Source: Eledone cirrhosa (Eukaryota). From it: DNA of 64,000 nt. Each line of letters starts with the position of its first letter. Position 1 is the stretch's first letter. The DNA lies in assembly GCA_964016885.1 (NCBI GenBank), contig OZ024763.1, positions 7,502,001-7,566,000 of the forward strand. The letters are read 5' to 3'. The notes under the pieces were generated by a model. The model worked only from the letters and a program-made list of their open reading frames with translations. It searched no databases and was not told the origin of the DNA. A program made the position numbers and the translations under genes. Below are positions 1 through 48,545 of the stretch, piece by piece.

Positions 1-254
1 AACCTAAATTGTCGTTTGGTTTACTAAAATATATACAACAGCTCTTCTCTCTCTCTCTCTTTCCCTTTCCCTCTCTTTCTCATTCTTTTCTCCCTCTCTC
101 TCTCTTTCTACACCCTCACCTACATGTATATAATATATATATATCATCATCATCGTTTGACGTCCATCTTCCACACTAGCATGGGTTGGACGGGTTTGTC
201 CCTCTTGGGGCAAGATTGGTCAGGTGACTGTATATATATATATATACACAGTCA

Positions 255-341
<87 letters not shown>

Positions 342-435
342 GAAGAGGGCTCGATAAGGTTTGTATATATATATATGTATATAAATATATAATCAAGGTC
401 CCATCATAGGGTGAAAGCAGCAATTCCTTGTTTAA

Positions 436-655
436 CCCTTTACCATTTACATTACTCTATATATACTATTGTATTGTCACAGTAAAGGCTTTACCTCACA
501 TAATATCTCACATAACATCGAATCTACGAGATTCTGATATTATCTATTTTGAGAAAAATACCTTAACATAAGTATGAGCAGCTGGTTACGGTCAGTTTGA
601 ACAGAAAGAGGTGAGAGAATTCTGGCTGGATAACACCGGTTTAAATGCTAAAGGG
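436..655 (+). mobile_element. piggyBac-type MITE, full-length unexpanded copy
   Basis: TTAA on both sides; TIRs CCCTTTACCATTTA / TAAATGCTAAAGGG; relatives at 4729, 38877, 49156 and 49857. Confidence 0.75.
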
Positions 656-689
656 TTAAACTTTAATCTGTACTAATAATAAATATATA

Positions 690-857
690 TACTGTATTTC
701 CCGGCACCGAAGACACTTCACCCTCGAGGGCCCACCCTAATTTTGACAACCAAAAATTAGAAAAAAAATCCTAAACAGCCTTCAGCCTCCAGGACCCACG
801 GTAGATTGTTTAGACTTATTTTAGGAAAAAAGTAGAGTCTTTGATGCTGGGAAATAC

Positions 858-861
<4 letters not shown>
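690..861. mobile_element. Tc1/mariner (pogo/Tigger-like) MITE
   Basis: Imperfect TIRs TACTGTATTTCCCGGCA / TGCTGGGAAATACGGTA with TA flanks. Confidence 0.65.
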
Positions 862-901
<40 letters not shown>

Positions 902-903
<2 letters not shown>

Positions 904-1339
904 GATTTAATGCTCTGAAATAGCGATATATATCTGAAGACAAACATAGAATATTCGAAAATATTCTGTATGTTTATAATAAACATTTCGAAGACCCAAT
1001 CGCTATAGAATAGAATACGTCACGTATTACAATTTGAGATTCTCGATAAAAGCAAGGGAAGTAACCTACGCGTTTCATTCTTATTAGAAATCATCAGGAT
1101 TAAACCAGTTCCTGTACACAGCTAAGTATTCTATAAGTCTCTAGCTGTGTCATTCTCGATAAAAGCACTGGATATGTAATCCTGATGATTTCTAATAAGA
1201 ATGAAACGCGTAGGTTACTTCCCTTGCTTTTATCGAGAATCTCAAATTGTAATACGTGACGTATTCTATTCTATAGCGATTGGGTCTTCGAAATGTTTAT
1301 TATAAACATACAGAATATTTTCGAATATTCTATGTTTGT

Positions 1340-1342
<3 letters not shown>
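902..1342. mobile_element. fold-back element in (TA)n (Penelope-like/retrozyme candidate)
   Basis: Inverted arms of about 166 bp (937-1102 / 1177-1342), each with a hammerhead motif; (TA)n on both sides. Confidence 0.6.
1176..1218 (+). ncRNA. minimal type I hammerhead ribozyme motif
   Basis: GTAATC-CTGATGA-t-TTCT-aata-AGAA-t-GAAAC-GC-GTA-GGTTAC; palindromic stem III ACGCGT; mirror copy on the minus strand at 1062-1102. Confidence 0.65.
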
Positions 1343-1373
<31 letters not shown>

Positions 1374-1377
<4 letters not shown>

Positions 1378-1600
1378 GTGGTTACACAACAGTTAGTTCA
1401 CCATACCAAGAACAATTGTTTCACCTTAGCGGATCCTCAGCTCGTAATGGACATGGTTATACAAGCTGAGGATCTGCTAAGGTGAAACAATTGTTCCTGG
1501 TATGGTGAACTAACTGTTGTGTAGTAACCACTTCTACCTAACTCGTCCCATGGACTGAGTGCTCTACCACTACGGATATTACCTTACAGTGTTCTACCAC
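1374..1600. mobile_element. fold-back element in (TA)n with hammerhead motifs
   Basis: Inverted arms about 1374-1444 / 1462-1536 plus a unique tail; (TA)n flanks. Confidence 0.55.
1407..1444 (-). ncRNA. minimal type I hammerhead ribozyme motif
   Basis: CGAG-CTGAGGA-tccgctaaggt-GAAAC-AATT-GTT-CTTG; palindromic AACAATTGTT; mirror copy on the plus strand at 1462-1499. Confidence 0.5.
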
Positions 1601-1788
1601 TATATATATATATATATAGTTTGTTGATTATCATTCAACAAAGTTAATTTTATAACAGATTTGAAGCACTCTACAGTATTTATCTGGAGTATTATTAATA
1701 TTAACAATATTAATATGAAATGCCGTTAGCGAGCTTATACTATTAATTCTACGTTAAGGTATGTCAATATCTTAACACCAAATATTAT

Positions 1789-1846
1789 ATTTTATCTGAT
1801 GAAAGCACACTAAAATTGTGTGTCCTTGAAATACGTATAATAAAAT
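1789..1846 (+). ncRNA. type I hammerhead ribozyme motif
   Basis: ATTTTAT-CTGATGA-AAG-CACAC-loop-GTGTG-tc-CTT-GAAAT-ACGT-ATA-ATAAAAT; 7-bp stem I; palindromic stem III. Confidence 0.7.
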
Positions 1847-2029
1847 AAATATGGTTTTATAAAGATATTTTCCACTTATTAATATTGTTAATATTATATA
1901 TATAAATATATAAATATAATTTCAGCGAGATCGTATTTCAACCATCGTTAAAAACAAAGCGAAACGCAATTTTCGAGATATGCGGCAAGCTCTCACTGGA
2001 CTAAAAGAAGGCCAGAGCAATGAACATAC

Positions 2030-2065
2030 GTTATAGAGGCCAGACAAACTGAAAATGGCGGCCAT
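2030..2065 (-). CDS. candidate first coding exon of a downstream gene (MAAIFSLSGLYN)
   Basis: ATG at 2063-2065, 12 codons, then a GTATGT donor. It lies in a CpG-retaining non-repetitive patch (about 1920-2125) with a YY1-type AAAATGGCGGCC motif. The product is not recognised. Confidence 0.3.
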
Positions 2066-2237
2066 GAAGCTATCAGTCGCCGGAGCCAAAAAAAACGAAG
2101 CAAGCTAAATAGGTTAAACAAAAGATATCATCATCATCATCTTCGTTTAACGTCCATTTTCCACGCTAGCATGGGTTAGACGGGAGTTGTCCCACTTGAG
2201 GCAAGGTTGGTCGGGTGACCATGTCTCGCTCATATAG

Positions 2238-2272
<35 letters not shown>

Positions 2273-2345
2273 ACTATATATATATATATATAGGACTATA
2301 TATATATATATATATATATAGGACTATATATATATATATATATAG

Positions 2346-2382
<37 letters not shown>

Positions 2383-2530
2383 ATGTGTGTGTGTGTGTGT
2401 GGTGTGTGTGAGAGAGAGAGAGGGGTGACGTGTTGGTGGTGGGAGGGAAGAAGGAGTTTCAGAGAAATAGAAACCAGAACTTTGACCCTGTGGGGAGGGG
2501 GAGGAGGTGTGGGTCTGAGAAGAGCTGCAA

Positions 2531-2544
2531 GTGCCATCTAGTGG
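2531..2544 (-). promoter_or_regulatory. CTCF core motif match
   Basis: CCACTAGATGGCAC on the minus strand fits the CCASYAGRKGGCRS consensus; lies in short unique sequence between repeats. Confidence 0.4.
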
Positions 2545-2582
2545 TGCTAGTTAACTGCTTTTGTGGCGTAAATATATAGTAT

Positions 2583-3990
2583 GTATTGGTGGTAGTTGTG
2601 GTGGTGGTGGTAGTGGTAGTAGTGGTGTTATTGGTGGTAGTTGTGGTGGTGGTAGTGGTGGTAGTGGTGGTAGTGGTGTTATTGGTGGTAGTTGTGGTGG
2701 TGGTAGTGGTGGTAGTGGTGGTAGTGGTGGTAGTTGTGGTGGTGGTAGTGGTGGTAGTGGTGTTATTGGTGGTAGTGGTGGTGGTGGTGGTAGTGGTAGT
2801 AGTGGTGTTATTGGTGGTAGTTGTGGTGGTGGTGGTGGTGTGGTGATAGTATTAGTGATGGTGGTATTGGTAGCTGTGGTGGTGGGGGTATTGGTACTGG
2901 CGTTGGTGGTGATGGTGTGCTGGTAGTGGTGATGGTGGTTGTGGTGGAGGTGGTAGTGTTAGTGGTGGTGGTGGTTTGTGGTGGAGGTGGTAGTGTTAGT
3001 GGTGGTGGTGGTTGTGGTGGTGGTGGTGGTAGTGTTAGTGGTGGTGGTGGTTGTGGTGGAGGTGGTAGTGTTAGTGGTGGTGGTGGTGGTGGTAGTGTTA
3101 GTGGTGGTGGTGGTTGTGGTGGAGGTGGTAGTGTTAGTGGTGGTGGTTGTGGTGGAGGTGGTAGTGTTAGTGGTGGTGGTGGTGGTGGAGGTGGTGGTTG
3201 TGGTGGTGGTGGTAGTGTTAGTGGTGGTGGTGGTTGTGTTAGTGGTGGTGGTGGTTGTGGTGGAGGTGGTAGTGTTAGTGGTGGTGGTAGTGTTAGTGGT
3301 GGTGGTGGTTGAGGTGGTAGTGTTAGTGGTGGTTGTGGTGGAGGTGGTAGTGTTAGTGGTGGTGGTGGTTGAGGTGGTAGTGTTAGTGGTGGTTGTGGTG
3401 GAGGTGGTAGTGTTGGTGGTTGTGGTGGAGGTGGTAGTGTTAGTGGTGGTGGTGGTTGTGGTGGAGGTGGTAGTGTTAGTGGTGGTGGTAGTGTTAGTGG
3501 TGGTGGTGGTTGAGGTGGAGGTGGTAGTGTTGGTGGTTGTGGTGGAGGTGGTAGTGTTAGTGGTGGTGGTGGTGGTTGTGGTGGAGGTAGTAGTGTTAGT
3601 GGTGGTGGTGGTGGTTGTGGTGGAGGTGGTAGTGTTGGTGGTTGTGGTGGAGGTGGTAGTGTTAGTGGTGGTGGTGGTGGTTGTGGTGGAGGTGGTAGTA
3701 TTAGTGGTGGTTGTGGTGGAGGTGGTAGTGTTAGTGGTGGTTGTGGTGGTAGTGTTAGTGGTGGTGGTGGTTGTGGTGGAGGTGGTAGTGTTAGTGGTGG
3801 TGGTGGTGGTTGTGGTGGAGGTGGTGGTTGTGGTGGTGGTGGTAGTGTTAGTGGTGGTGGTGGTTGTGGTGGAGGTGGTAGTGTTGGTGGCTGTGGTGGA
3901 GGTGGTGGTGGTTGTGGTGGAGGTGGTAGTGTTAGTGGTAGTGTTGGTGGTTGTGGTGGAGGTGGTAGTGTTAGTGGTGGTAGCTGTGGA
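2583..3990. repeat. (GGT)n-based compound repeat directly after the peptidase stop codon
   Basis: GGT/AGT/TGT mosaic with recurring GGTAGTGTTAGT units. Confidence 0.95.
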
Positions 3991-3995
3991 GAGTT

Positions 3996-39933
<35,938 letters not shown>

Positions 39934-39954
39934 GATGTCTCCTTATTCCTGGGA

Positions 39955-40510
39955 GTTATTCCGATGCATGAAGGGTGTTGGGCTTCTCATGGGGGCTCAC
40001 AGGGTTAATGAAGGGAAATTGTTCCGACACATGAAGGGCTGCTGAGCTTCTCATGGGGTTTCAGAGAGTTAATCAAGGGAAATTGTTCCGACACATGGAG
40101 GGCCTTGAGATTATCATGGGAGCTCACAGGGCTAATTGGGGGAAATTGTTCCGACACATGGAGGGCCTTGAGATTATCATGGGGCCTCACAGGGCTAATC
40201 GGGGGAAATTGTTCCGACACATGGAGGGCTTTGAGATTATCATGGGGCCTCACAAGGCTAATCGGGGGAAATTGTTCCGACACATGGAGGGCTTTGAGAT
40301 TCTCATGGTGGCTCACAGGGTTAATTGGGGGTAATTGTTCGGACACATGGGAACTCACAGGGCGTATCAAGGGAAATTGTTCCGACACATGAAGTGTACT
40401 GACTTTTTCATGGGGCTTATAGGACTAGCCATAGAAATTGTTCTGTTACACAAAGGGTGATGAGATTTTCATGAGGGCTCACAGGGTTAATGAAGGGAAA
40501 TTGTTCTGCC
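39955..40510. repeat. 63-bp degenerate tandem repeat upstream of the peptidase ATG
   Basis: AATTGTTCCGACACATGGAGGGC at 40081, 40144, 40207 and 40270. Confidence 0.9.
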
Positions 40511-40841
40511 TCTGATAAAGGGTTTTCAAGGAGGAACTTCTCACAGTCAGACATAATACTTCTTTATATTCTTCCCTTGGTGACCATCTCTCATAAATAG
40601 ACAATCCACAGGCAATATATATCTATATATACATACATATATATACATATAATGTATGTATAAGTGTGATATATATATTTATATGTATATGTATATATAT
40701 TCCTGAAAAAGAAAATGACAAGCTACTGTTAGTGAATGTTAGAAGGTAGATGTGGTTGAGGTAGTAGTGTGTTGTGGTAGTTGTGGCACTACTCTAATGG
40801 TCCCTCTTTCTCTGATGTATATATATATATATATATATACT

Positions 40842-40887
<46 letters not shown>

Positions 40888-40922
40888 CAGAATGAAGAAT
40901 AACATGGTCAATTTGTTATCCC

Positions 40923-40975
<53 letters not shown>

Positions 40976-41345
40976 ACGAAGGAGTTGTGGTATGGAACCA
41001 GATGGACTAAAAAGGCACCAGAGTACTCAATACTTAGGGTAGTAGAGTGGGTAATAGGAAAAAGTACGACCCCGACGGCAGAGCTCAAGCCTTTTCGACG
41101 AGTCCAGAAATAGCCGTCGAAACAACTTGAGCTCTGCCGTCGGGGTCGTACTTTTTCATATATATATATTTAGTATAAAAAGGCTTCTACAGAACTAGAA
41201 CTGTTTCATTCAGGAGAAATCATCAGAATTTCTCCCGAATGAAACAGTTCTAGTTCTGTAGAAGCCTTTCTATACTAAATATTTATACTCTGCCATGTAT
41301 TGAGTACCTTACTTACTGTGGTTACCCCCGATTGAACCCGTGATA
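40976..41345. mobile_element. two adjacent fold-back elements (40976-41157 and 41171-41345) separated by TA repeats
   Basis: Each has an inverted duplication covering its hammerhead-like region; both families recur elsewhere in the window. Confidence 0.6.
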
Positions 41346-41349
41346 AACT

Positions 41350-41380
<31 letters not shown>

Positions 41381-41383
41381 ATG

Positions 41384-41416
<33 letters not shown>

Positions 41417-42921
41417 ATGTATATATTTCCTTAAACCCTGAAGAAGGGTCTAGTAGGTCCCAAAATATTAGACAGAGAAAAGAAACAACAACAAAAAAAC
41501 AAAGATTACCAGGTAATTTACTTTTTGTTACCTCATCTTACACTCCATTTTGCATATATATACTATATATACATTATATATACCCAATGTTCAGTATATA
41601 TACACCAAATATACACTATATATGATGTTGTCCAAGGGAAAGGCAATGGCCAATACAGCTTGGCACCAGTGACGTCAAAACATACACTATATATATATAT
41701 ATATATATATACATGCCATATACATTATATATACACTCTGTATACACTATATATACACTATATATGATGATGTCCAAGGGAAAGGCTATAGCCGATACAG
41801 CTTGGCACCAGTGACATCACAACTCATTTCTACAGCTGAGTAAACTGGAGCAACGTGAAATAAAGTGTCTTGCTCAAGGACAACACGCAAAGCCTGGTCT
41901 GAAAAACAAACTCACAACCTCACAATTGTAAGCCCAACACTCTAACCACTCAGCCCTGCGGCATATAGATATATGAAGACACACAAGAACTAAAGCAATA
42001 AGATAAACAGACCACCCTCCTCCGCTACACAGATCACCACCACCCAGACAGCTAGAACAAGCAACCAACTAGTGACAAATTGGAAAGACAGAAAATAAAA
42101 AAAAAGAAATATGCAAGCCCCCAGATATAACACAGAAACAGGATAGTGTAGGACAGAACAAAGGAGATATACAATGTCACAACAAAAGGAGTCACCTAGG
42201 AGCTCACAGAATGTGTGATGAAGGAGATGACAATAAACAACTATATATATATATACATATGTGTGAAGGTAGATAAGGGTTTGTTTATGTATATCAGCAG
42301 TGAATGATTAAACAAGAAAACTGTTTATCAGAGAGTTTGACCAGAGCACCAATGCATTACAACTTTAGATCAGTTTGACAATTGCCACCGACAAATGCGA
42401 GAAAGTTCTCCAGAAAGTTAACCAGGATTTAAGAAAACAACTTTCCACTGAAGTTAATGAAGGACTGTATGAATTGTACGCATACGGCAGATAAAGAAGG
42501 CCACACATTGTTCCCTTCCTCGACATACCTATTTCCCTTCAGAAAACACCACTTTCGATGGATGTGACATCCAAAATATAGGGACCAATAAATTTCTTCC
42601 AAGGTAATTCTATTTCTGGTTTTCTTTCAATGTCTGTTTTTACATTTCTTCCTACATCTCTCTCTCATCTCACTACCACTTGATTTTGTTACCCGGAGAT
42701 TTACCCATTTGCAAGTGGAGAGATGCTGTGCTGAATAGGGCCCGTCTAACACTTGCAAGCAGGGAAAAGCGGACGTAAAGTGATGATGATGATGATGATA
42801 TCCATGCTAGCATGGAAGATAGACGTTAAAGAATGATGATGATGATGATTAAATATATATATATATATATATATATAACAAAACAAATGGCACAGTACAT
42901 GGAAGAAGTATATATATATGC

Positions 42922-43075
42922 TTAATATAAAAATGGCTTCTACAGGACTAGAACTGTTTCATTCGAAGAAAATCATCAGGAAGTCCTGTAGAAGTCATTT
43001 CTATATTAAATATTTATACTCTGCTATGTATTGAGTACCTTACTTACTGTGGTTACCCCCCGATTGAACCTGGGA
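42922..43075. mobile_element. fold-back element of the 12765/41171/59844/60040 family
   Basis: Inverted hammerhead segment joined to the shared tail ...GTATTGAGTACCTTACTTACTGTGGTTACCCCC. Confidence 0.6.
42937..42983 (-). ncRNA. minimal type I hammerhead ribozyme motif
   Basis: CTTC-CTGATGA-ttttcttcgaat-GAAAC-AG-ttctagtc-CT-GTA-GAAG. Confidence 0.6.
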
Positions 43076-43611
43076 TATGCATATATATAAGTGAAGATGT
43101 GTGGCTAAGTGTTTAGAGAATTATATTCACAATTGTGATGTTGTGAGTTCAATTCTCAGACAGGACAATGCATTATATCCTTGAGCAAGACACTTTATTT
43201 CTCGTTGCTCCTTCTACCTGGAGTTGCGACCGAGAGAGAGTATTAGCAATTGGAAAGACCAATGGAAACATTGTTCCCTTGGTCCAATTTGATGAAAGTC
43301 AATTGACTGTCAATCATCATCTTCGTTTAACGTCTATCTTCCACGCTAGCATGGGTTAGACGGGAGTTGTCCCACTTGAGGTAAGGTTGGTCGGGTGACT
43401 GTGTCTTGCTCGTATAGGACTATCTGGCAGGTTTTCTACGGCTGGATGCCTTTCCTAACACCAACCACATTTACAGTGTGGACTGGGAGGTTTTTACCGT
43501 GTAACCTACATGGAAATGTATATATATATGTGTGTGTGTGTATGGGTATATATGTGTGTATATATGTGTATGTATGTGTATATATGTGTGTATGTGTGTG
43601 TTTGTGTGTAT

Positions 43612-43648
<37 letters not shown>

Positions 43649-43893
43649 AGATCTGTCAAAGAAGCAACAGACAACATTTCTTTGCCGTTTCACTCTGGTT
43701 AAGAACCATTTATCTTTAAATTATTTTAAGTAAATAATTCCTGGATTAGACAAGATAACGTGATTTGTGGAACCAATAGGAATCCTGTTACCCTGGGTGG
43801 GGGGTGGGGGGGGGGAATAATTATTATATTTTTAAATTAGATATCTTATTGGTTATCAAATAATTGATATGTGGACATATATATATATGTCTT

Positions 43894-43986
<93 letters not shown>

Positions 43987-45316
43987 GTGTGTGTGTGAGA
44001 GAGAGTGTATATATCTTTGCATAAAGGTTTCTGTGTATGTATACATACATGTATGTAGGGATGTTTGTATGTATGTATATTACATCATCATCACCATCAT
44101 CATCATCCATATGCATACACTATCAACTGTATAGACACTATACACGCAGAAACAAATGTATACATACATACACATGTACATACACATACGTATATGTATA
44201 TGCACTACCAAAATATACATACATGTACACACACAAACACAGGCATATATATGCACATTTATATACACAAACATGCACACATATACACACATAATCCAGC
44301 TATATATAAACACATATATATATATATATACATACATATATATGTACACACACAAATGCACACACACACGTATACACACATAAAGACAGACCTATATATA
44401 TATATATATTATATATTTACACACAACAAATACACACATATATGTACACACACAAACACAGACATATATATATATAAACTCACACACACACACATATATA
44501 TATATATATACACACACAAAATACACATATATACACACACAAACTCATATATATATATATATTTATACACAAACACACACACATATATATATACACACAC
44601 ACAAAATACACATATATACACACAAACACAGACATATATATATATATATACATACACATATATATGCACACACACATGACCATATATATAAACACACTAA
44701 CACACACATATACATACAAACACATACATATATACACACAGATATATATACACACATATATACACACACATATATATACACACACATATATATACACACA
44801 TATATATACACACACATATATATACACACACATATATATACACACATATATATACACATATATATACACACATATATATACACACACATATATATACACA
44901 CACATATATATACACACATATGTATACACACACACATATATACACACACACATATATACACACACATATATATACACACACATATATATACACACATATG
45001 TATATACACACATATGTATACACACACATATATATACACACACATATATATATACACACATATATATACACACACATATATACACACATATATATCTATA
45101 TACACACATGGACTTCTTTAATGAGCTGTGATTAAAGTGAAATTTCTTTCAAATTGCCTATAAAATTACCTTTAAATACACAGAGGGGGAGGGGGAGAAA
45201 GTTGTCCTCCATATTACTATAATATGAGAGAGAGAGAGAGAGCGGGTGAGTGATAGAGTGAGAGAGAGACAGAGGGAGAGAGATAGATAGATAGAGATAT
45301 ATTCCAATAACAGTGG

Positions 45317-45382
<66 letters not shown>

Positions 45383-45489
45383 TAAAAGATCATTTAATGT
45401 GTGATTTATGGCTGTGGAATGTAAAGAGAGAGTTTTACTGGTAAATATGGACTGGAAGAGAAGAGTGGGTATATATATATATATATATA

Positions 45490-45524
<35 letters not shown>

Positions 45525-45525
45525 T

Positions 45526-45556
<31 letters not shown>

Positions 45557-45657
45557 TCATATATATATATATATATATATATACTCATATATATATATAT
45601 ATATGAGTATATATATATATATATATATATATGAGTATATATATATATATATATGAG

Positions 45658-45689
<32 letters not shown>

Positions 45690-45744
45690 TATATATATAT
45701 ATATATATATATATGAGTATATATACATATATATATATACTGGA

Positions 45745-46385
45745 AGAGGTGGTGGTGGAGGTGGTGGTGGAGGTGGAGGTGGAGGAGGAGGTGGAGGAGG
45801 TGGTGGTGGAGGTGGTGGTGGAGGTGGTGTTTGTGGTGGTGGAGGTGGAGGTAGTGGAGGTGGTGGAGGAGGTGGTGGTGGTGGAGGAGGTGGTGGTGGT
45901 GGAGGAGGTGGTGGTGGAGGTGGTGGAGGTGGTGGAGGAGGTGGTGGTGGAGGTGGTGGAGGAGGTGGTGGTGGAGGTGGTGGTGTTTGTGGTGGTGGAG
46001 GTGGAGGTGGCGGTGGAGGTGGAGGAGGTGGTGGTGGAGGTGGTGGTGGAGGTGGTGTTTGTGGTGGTGGAGGTGGAGGTAGTGGAGGTGGTGGAGGAGG
46101 TGGTGGTGGTGGAGGAGGTGGTGGTGGAGGTGGTGGAGGTGGTGGAGGAGGTGGTGGTGGAGGTGGTGGAGGAGGTGGTGGTGGAGGTGGTGGAGGAGGT
46201 GGAGGTGGTGGAGGAGGTGGTGGAGGTGGTGGAGGAGGTGGAGGTGGTGAAGGAGGTGGTGGAGGTGGTGGAGGAGGTGGTGGTGGAGGTGGAGGAGGTG
46301 CTGGTGTAGGTGGAGGTGGAGGTGGTGGTGGAGGTGGAGGTGGTGGAGGTGGTGGAGGAGGTGGTGGAGGTGGTGTTTGTGGTGT
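45745..46385. repeat. (GGT/GGA)n microsatellite
   Basis: Trinucleotide mosaic. Confidence 0.95.
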
Positions 46386-46480
46386 TTGTACCACAGGAAT
46401 TTAGGTTTCCTGTTGATCAAAGAGTTTGGAACTAAATTGGTGAAGAAGAAGAAGAAGAAGAAGAAGATCAACAACAACAA

Positions 46481-46525
<45 letters not shown>

Positions 46526-46894
46526 CAACAACAACAGCAACAGCACCAACAACAAGAGGGCAAAGAAGAAGAAAAAAAAAGGCTCAAAGCAAGAAAGAAA
46601 GAAAGAAATGTTTTAAATTATTGGAGGAAAGAATTATTTAAAATGGAGAACAAAATCAAAAAAACAATTTCGATAATTTTAATTCTTTTTTTTTTGAATT
46701 GCGAAAAATTAATGAAAAAATGGAAATATATTTGATAGTAAATTGATTGAAAGAATTATTGATCAGTGATTTTTATATTATTATATATATATTTTATACT
46801 ATATATTTTATGGATTATATATATATATATATATTATATATTATATATATATAGTACATATATATTAGATATTATATGTATTTTATATATAATA

Positions 46895-46932
<38 letters not shown>

Positions 46933-47321
46933 CGATCGACTTTCGTCAAATCGGACCGAGGAAACAATGTTTCCATTGGTCTTTCCAGTTGCTAATACTA
47001 TCTGTCAGTCACAACTCCTGGTAGAAGGAACAATGTGAAATAAAGTGTCTTGCTCAAGGACATATCATATTGCCCAGTCCAGGAATCGAACAGACAACCT
47101 CACGATAGTGAATCCAGTTCTCTAACCACTCAGCCACACATCTTATACGTGGGTAAGTTGAAAAGAGGTGTGAAATCTTGCATGCATTAATTTCAACTCT
47201 TCTGATTAATTGTTTTTTTCCAGGGGCTATGTTGAAAAATGAACCTCATTTGGTCATTACATGAGAGTATCTTGGTCAGCCTGTGAATGTTTCAGCTGAC
47301 CCATGTATGTACATATATATA

Positions 47322-48045
47322 TGGGCGGCAGCCTGGAAAGCAATGGTGACACAGAGCTCAACATCAACTGTCAGATTGGCAAATGATCCACAGTTTTCCA
47401 GCAGTTGCACCCAGTCTGGTCATCTTCAGGCATCAGAACCAGGACCAAGCTGCGCCTGTACAAGACCATCGTGCTACCAACAGTGCTTTATGTGAGTGAA
47501 GCCTGGAAGAGCACGGCAAAGATAGAGAGACGGCTGAACCCTTTCCACCAGCGGTGGCTGCGAAGGATCCTTCGTGTGCCCTGGCGCGACTGTGTGCGAA
47601 ACGGGGAAATACTGTGTAGAGCCGAGTCATGGATGCTACCTGACGATGGTCAAAGAGCACTGGTGCCGCCTGGCTGACCATATTCTGTGTGTGTCCTGGC
47701 ACAACCGAGTGTGAAACGACGAAATCCTGCAGAGACCCAATGCATGGACACTACAGAGGGTGGTCACGGAGTGCTGGTGCTGCCTGGCTAGCTAGCAGGG
47801 ATGGTCAAAGAGCGCTGGTGCCGCCTGGCTGACCATATTCTGCACCTGCCTGACAAACTACACTCGAAAACAGTGAGGAACTGGACTCCACCTGGTGGCA
47901 AACGGAGGTGGGGTTGCCCCAGGATCACAAACACCTGATGGCTGCCAACATTACTTGGCATGGACGTGAAAAAGCCGCCTTGATTGTGATCGTTGCAGAC
48001 TACTTACTGCTCAATGGGCCAAAAGCCCCAGAACAACCTAAGATT
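47322..48045 (+). mobile_element. degenerate RTE-clade LINE ORF C-terminal fragment
   Basis: VWSSSGIRTRTKLRLYKTIVLPTVLYVSEAW...FHQRWLRRILRVPWRDCVRNGEIL; frameshifts; internal duplication near 47646 and 47800. Confidence 0.8.
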
Positions 48046-48362
48046 ACATGTAAATTTCAGGATAATGATGGTTATGATTATAGTGATGATGATGATGATG
48101 GTGATGATGGTGATGGTGGTGATGGTGATGATGGTGATGATGGTGATGGTGGTGATGGTGATGATGGTGGTGATGATGGTGGTGATGGTGGTGATGATGG
48201 TGATGATGGTGATGGTGATGAGTTATTTCAACAATTTCTTCCCACCAAAGTCTCCAGAATTATTCTTCAGAGAGTAACACATTTTAATAATAGAACATTT
48301 AATGGTTTAATTATTTAGTAGTAATAGTAGTAGTGGTAGTGGTAGTAGTAGTAGTGGTAGTG

Positions 48363-48403
<41 letters not shown>

Positions 48404-48444
48404 GGTGGTGGTAGTAGTAGTGGTGGTGGTGGTAGTAGTAGTAA

Positions 48445-48482
<38 letters not shown>

Positions 48483-48487
48483 ATGGC

Positions 48488-48545
<58 letters not shown>

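Noticed and set aside
41438-41472. CTGAAGA...CAAAATATTAG hammerhead-like remnant
   Set aside because: The GAAA is mutated and stem I does not pair; too degenerate to call.
47888-47900. Second CTCF-like motif CCACCTGGTGGCA
   Set aside because: It lies inside the RTE LINE fragment, where it is explained as coding remnant (TPPGGKR).
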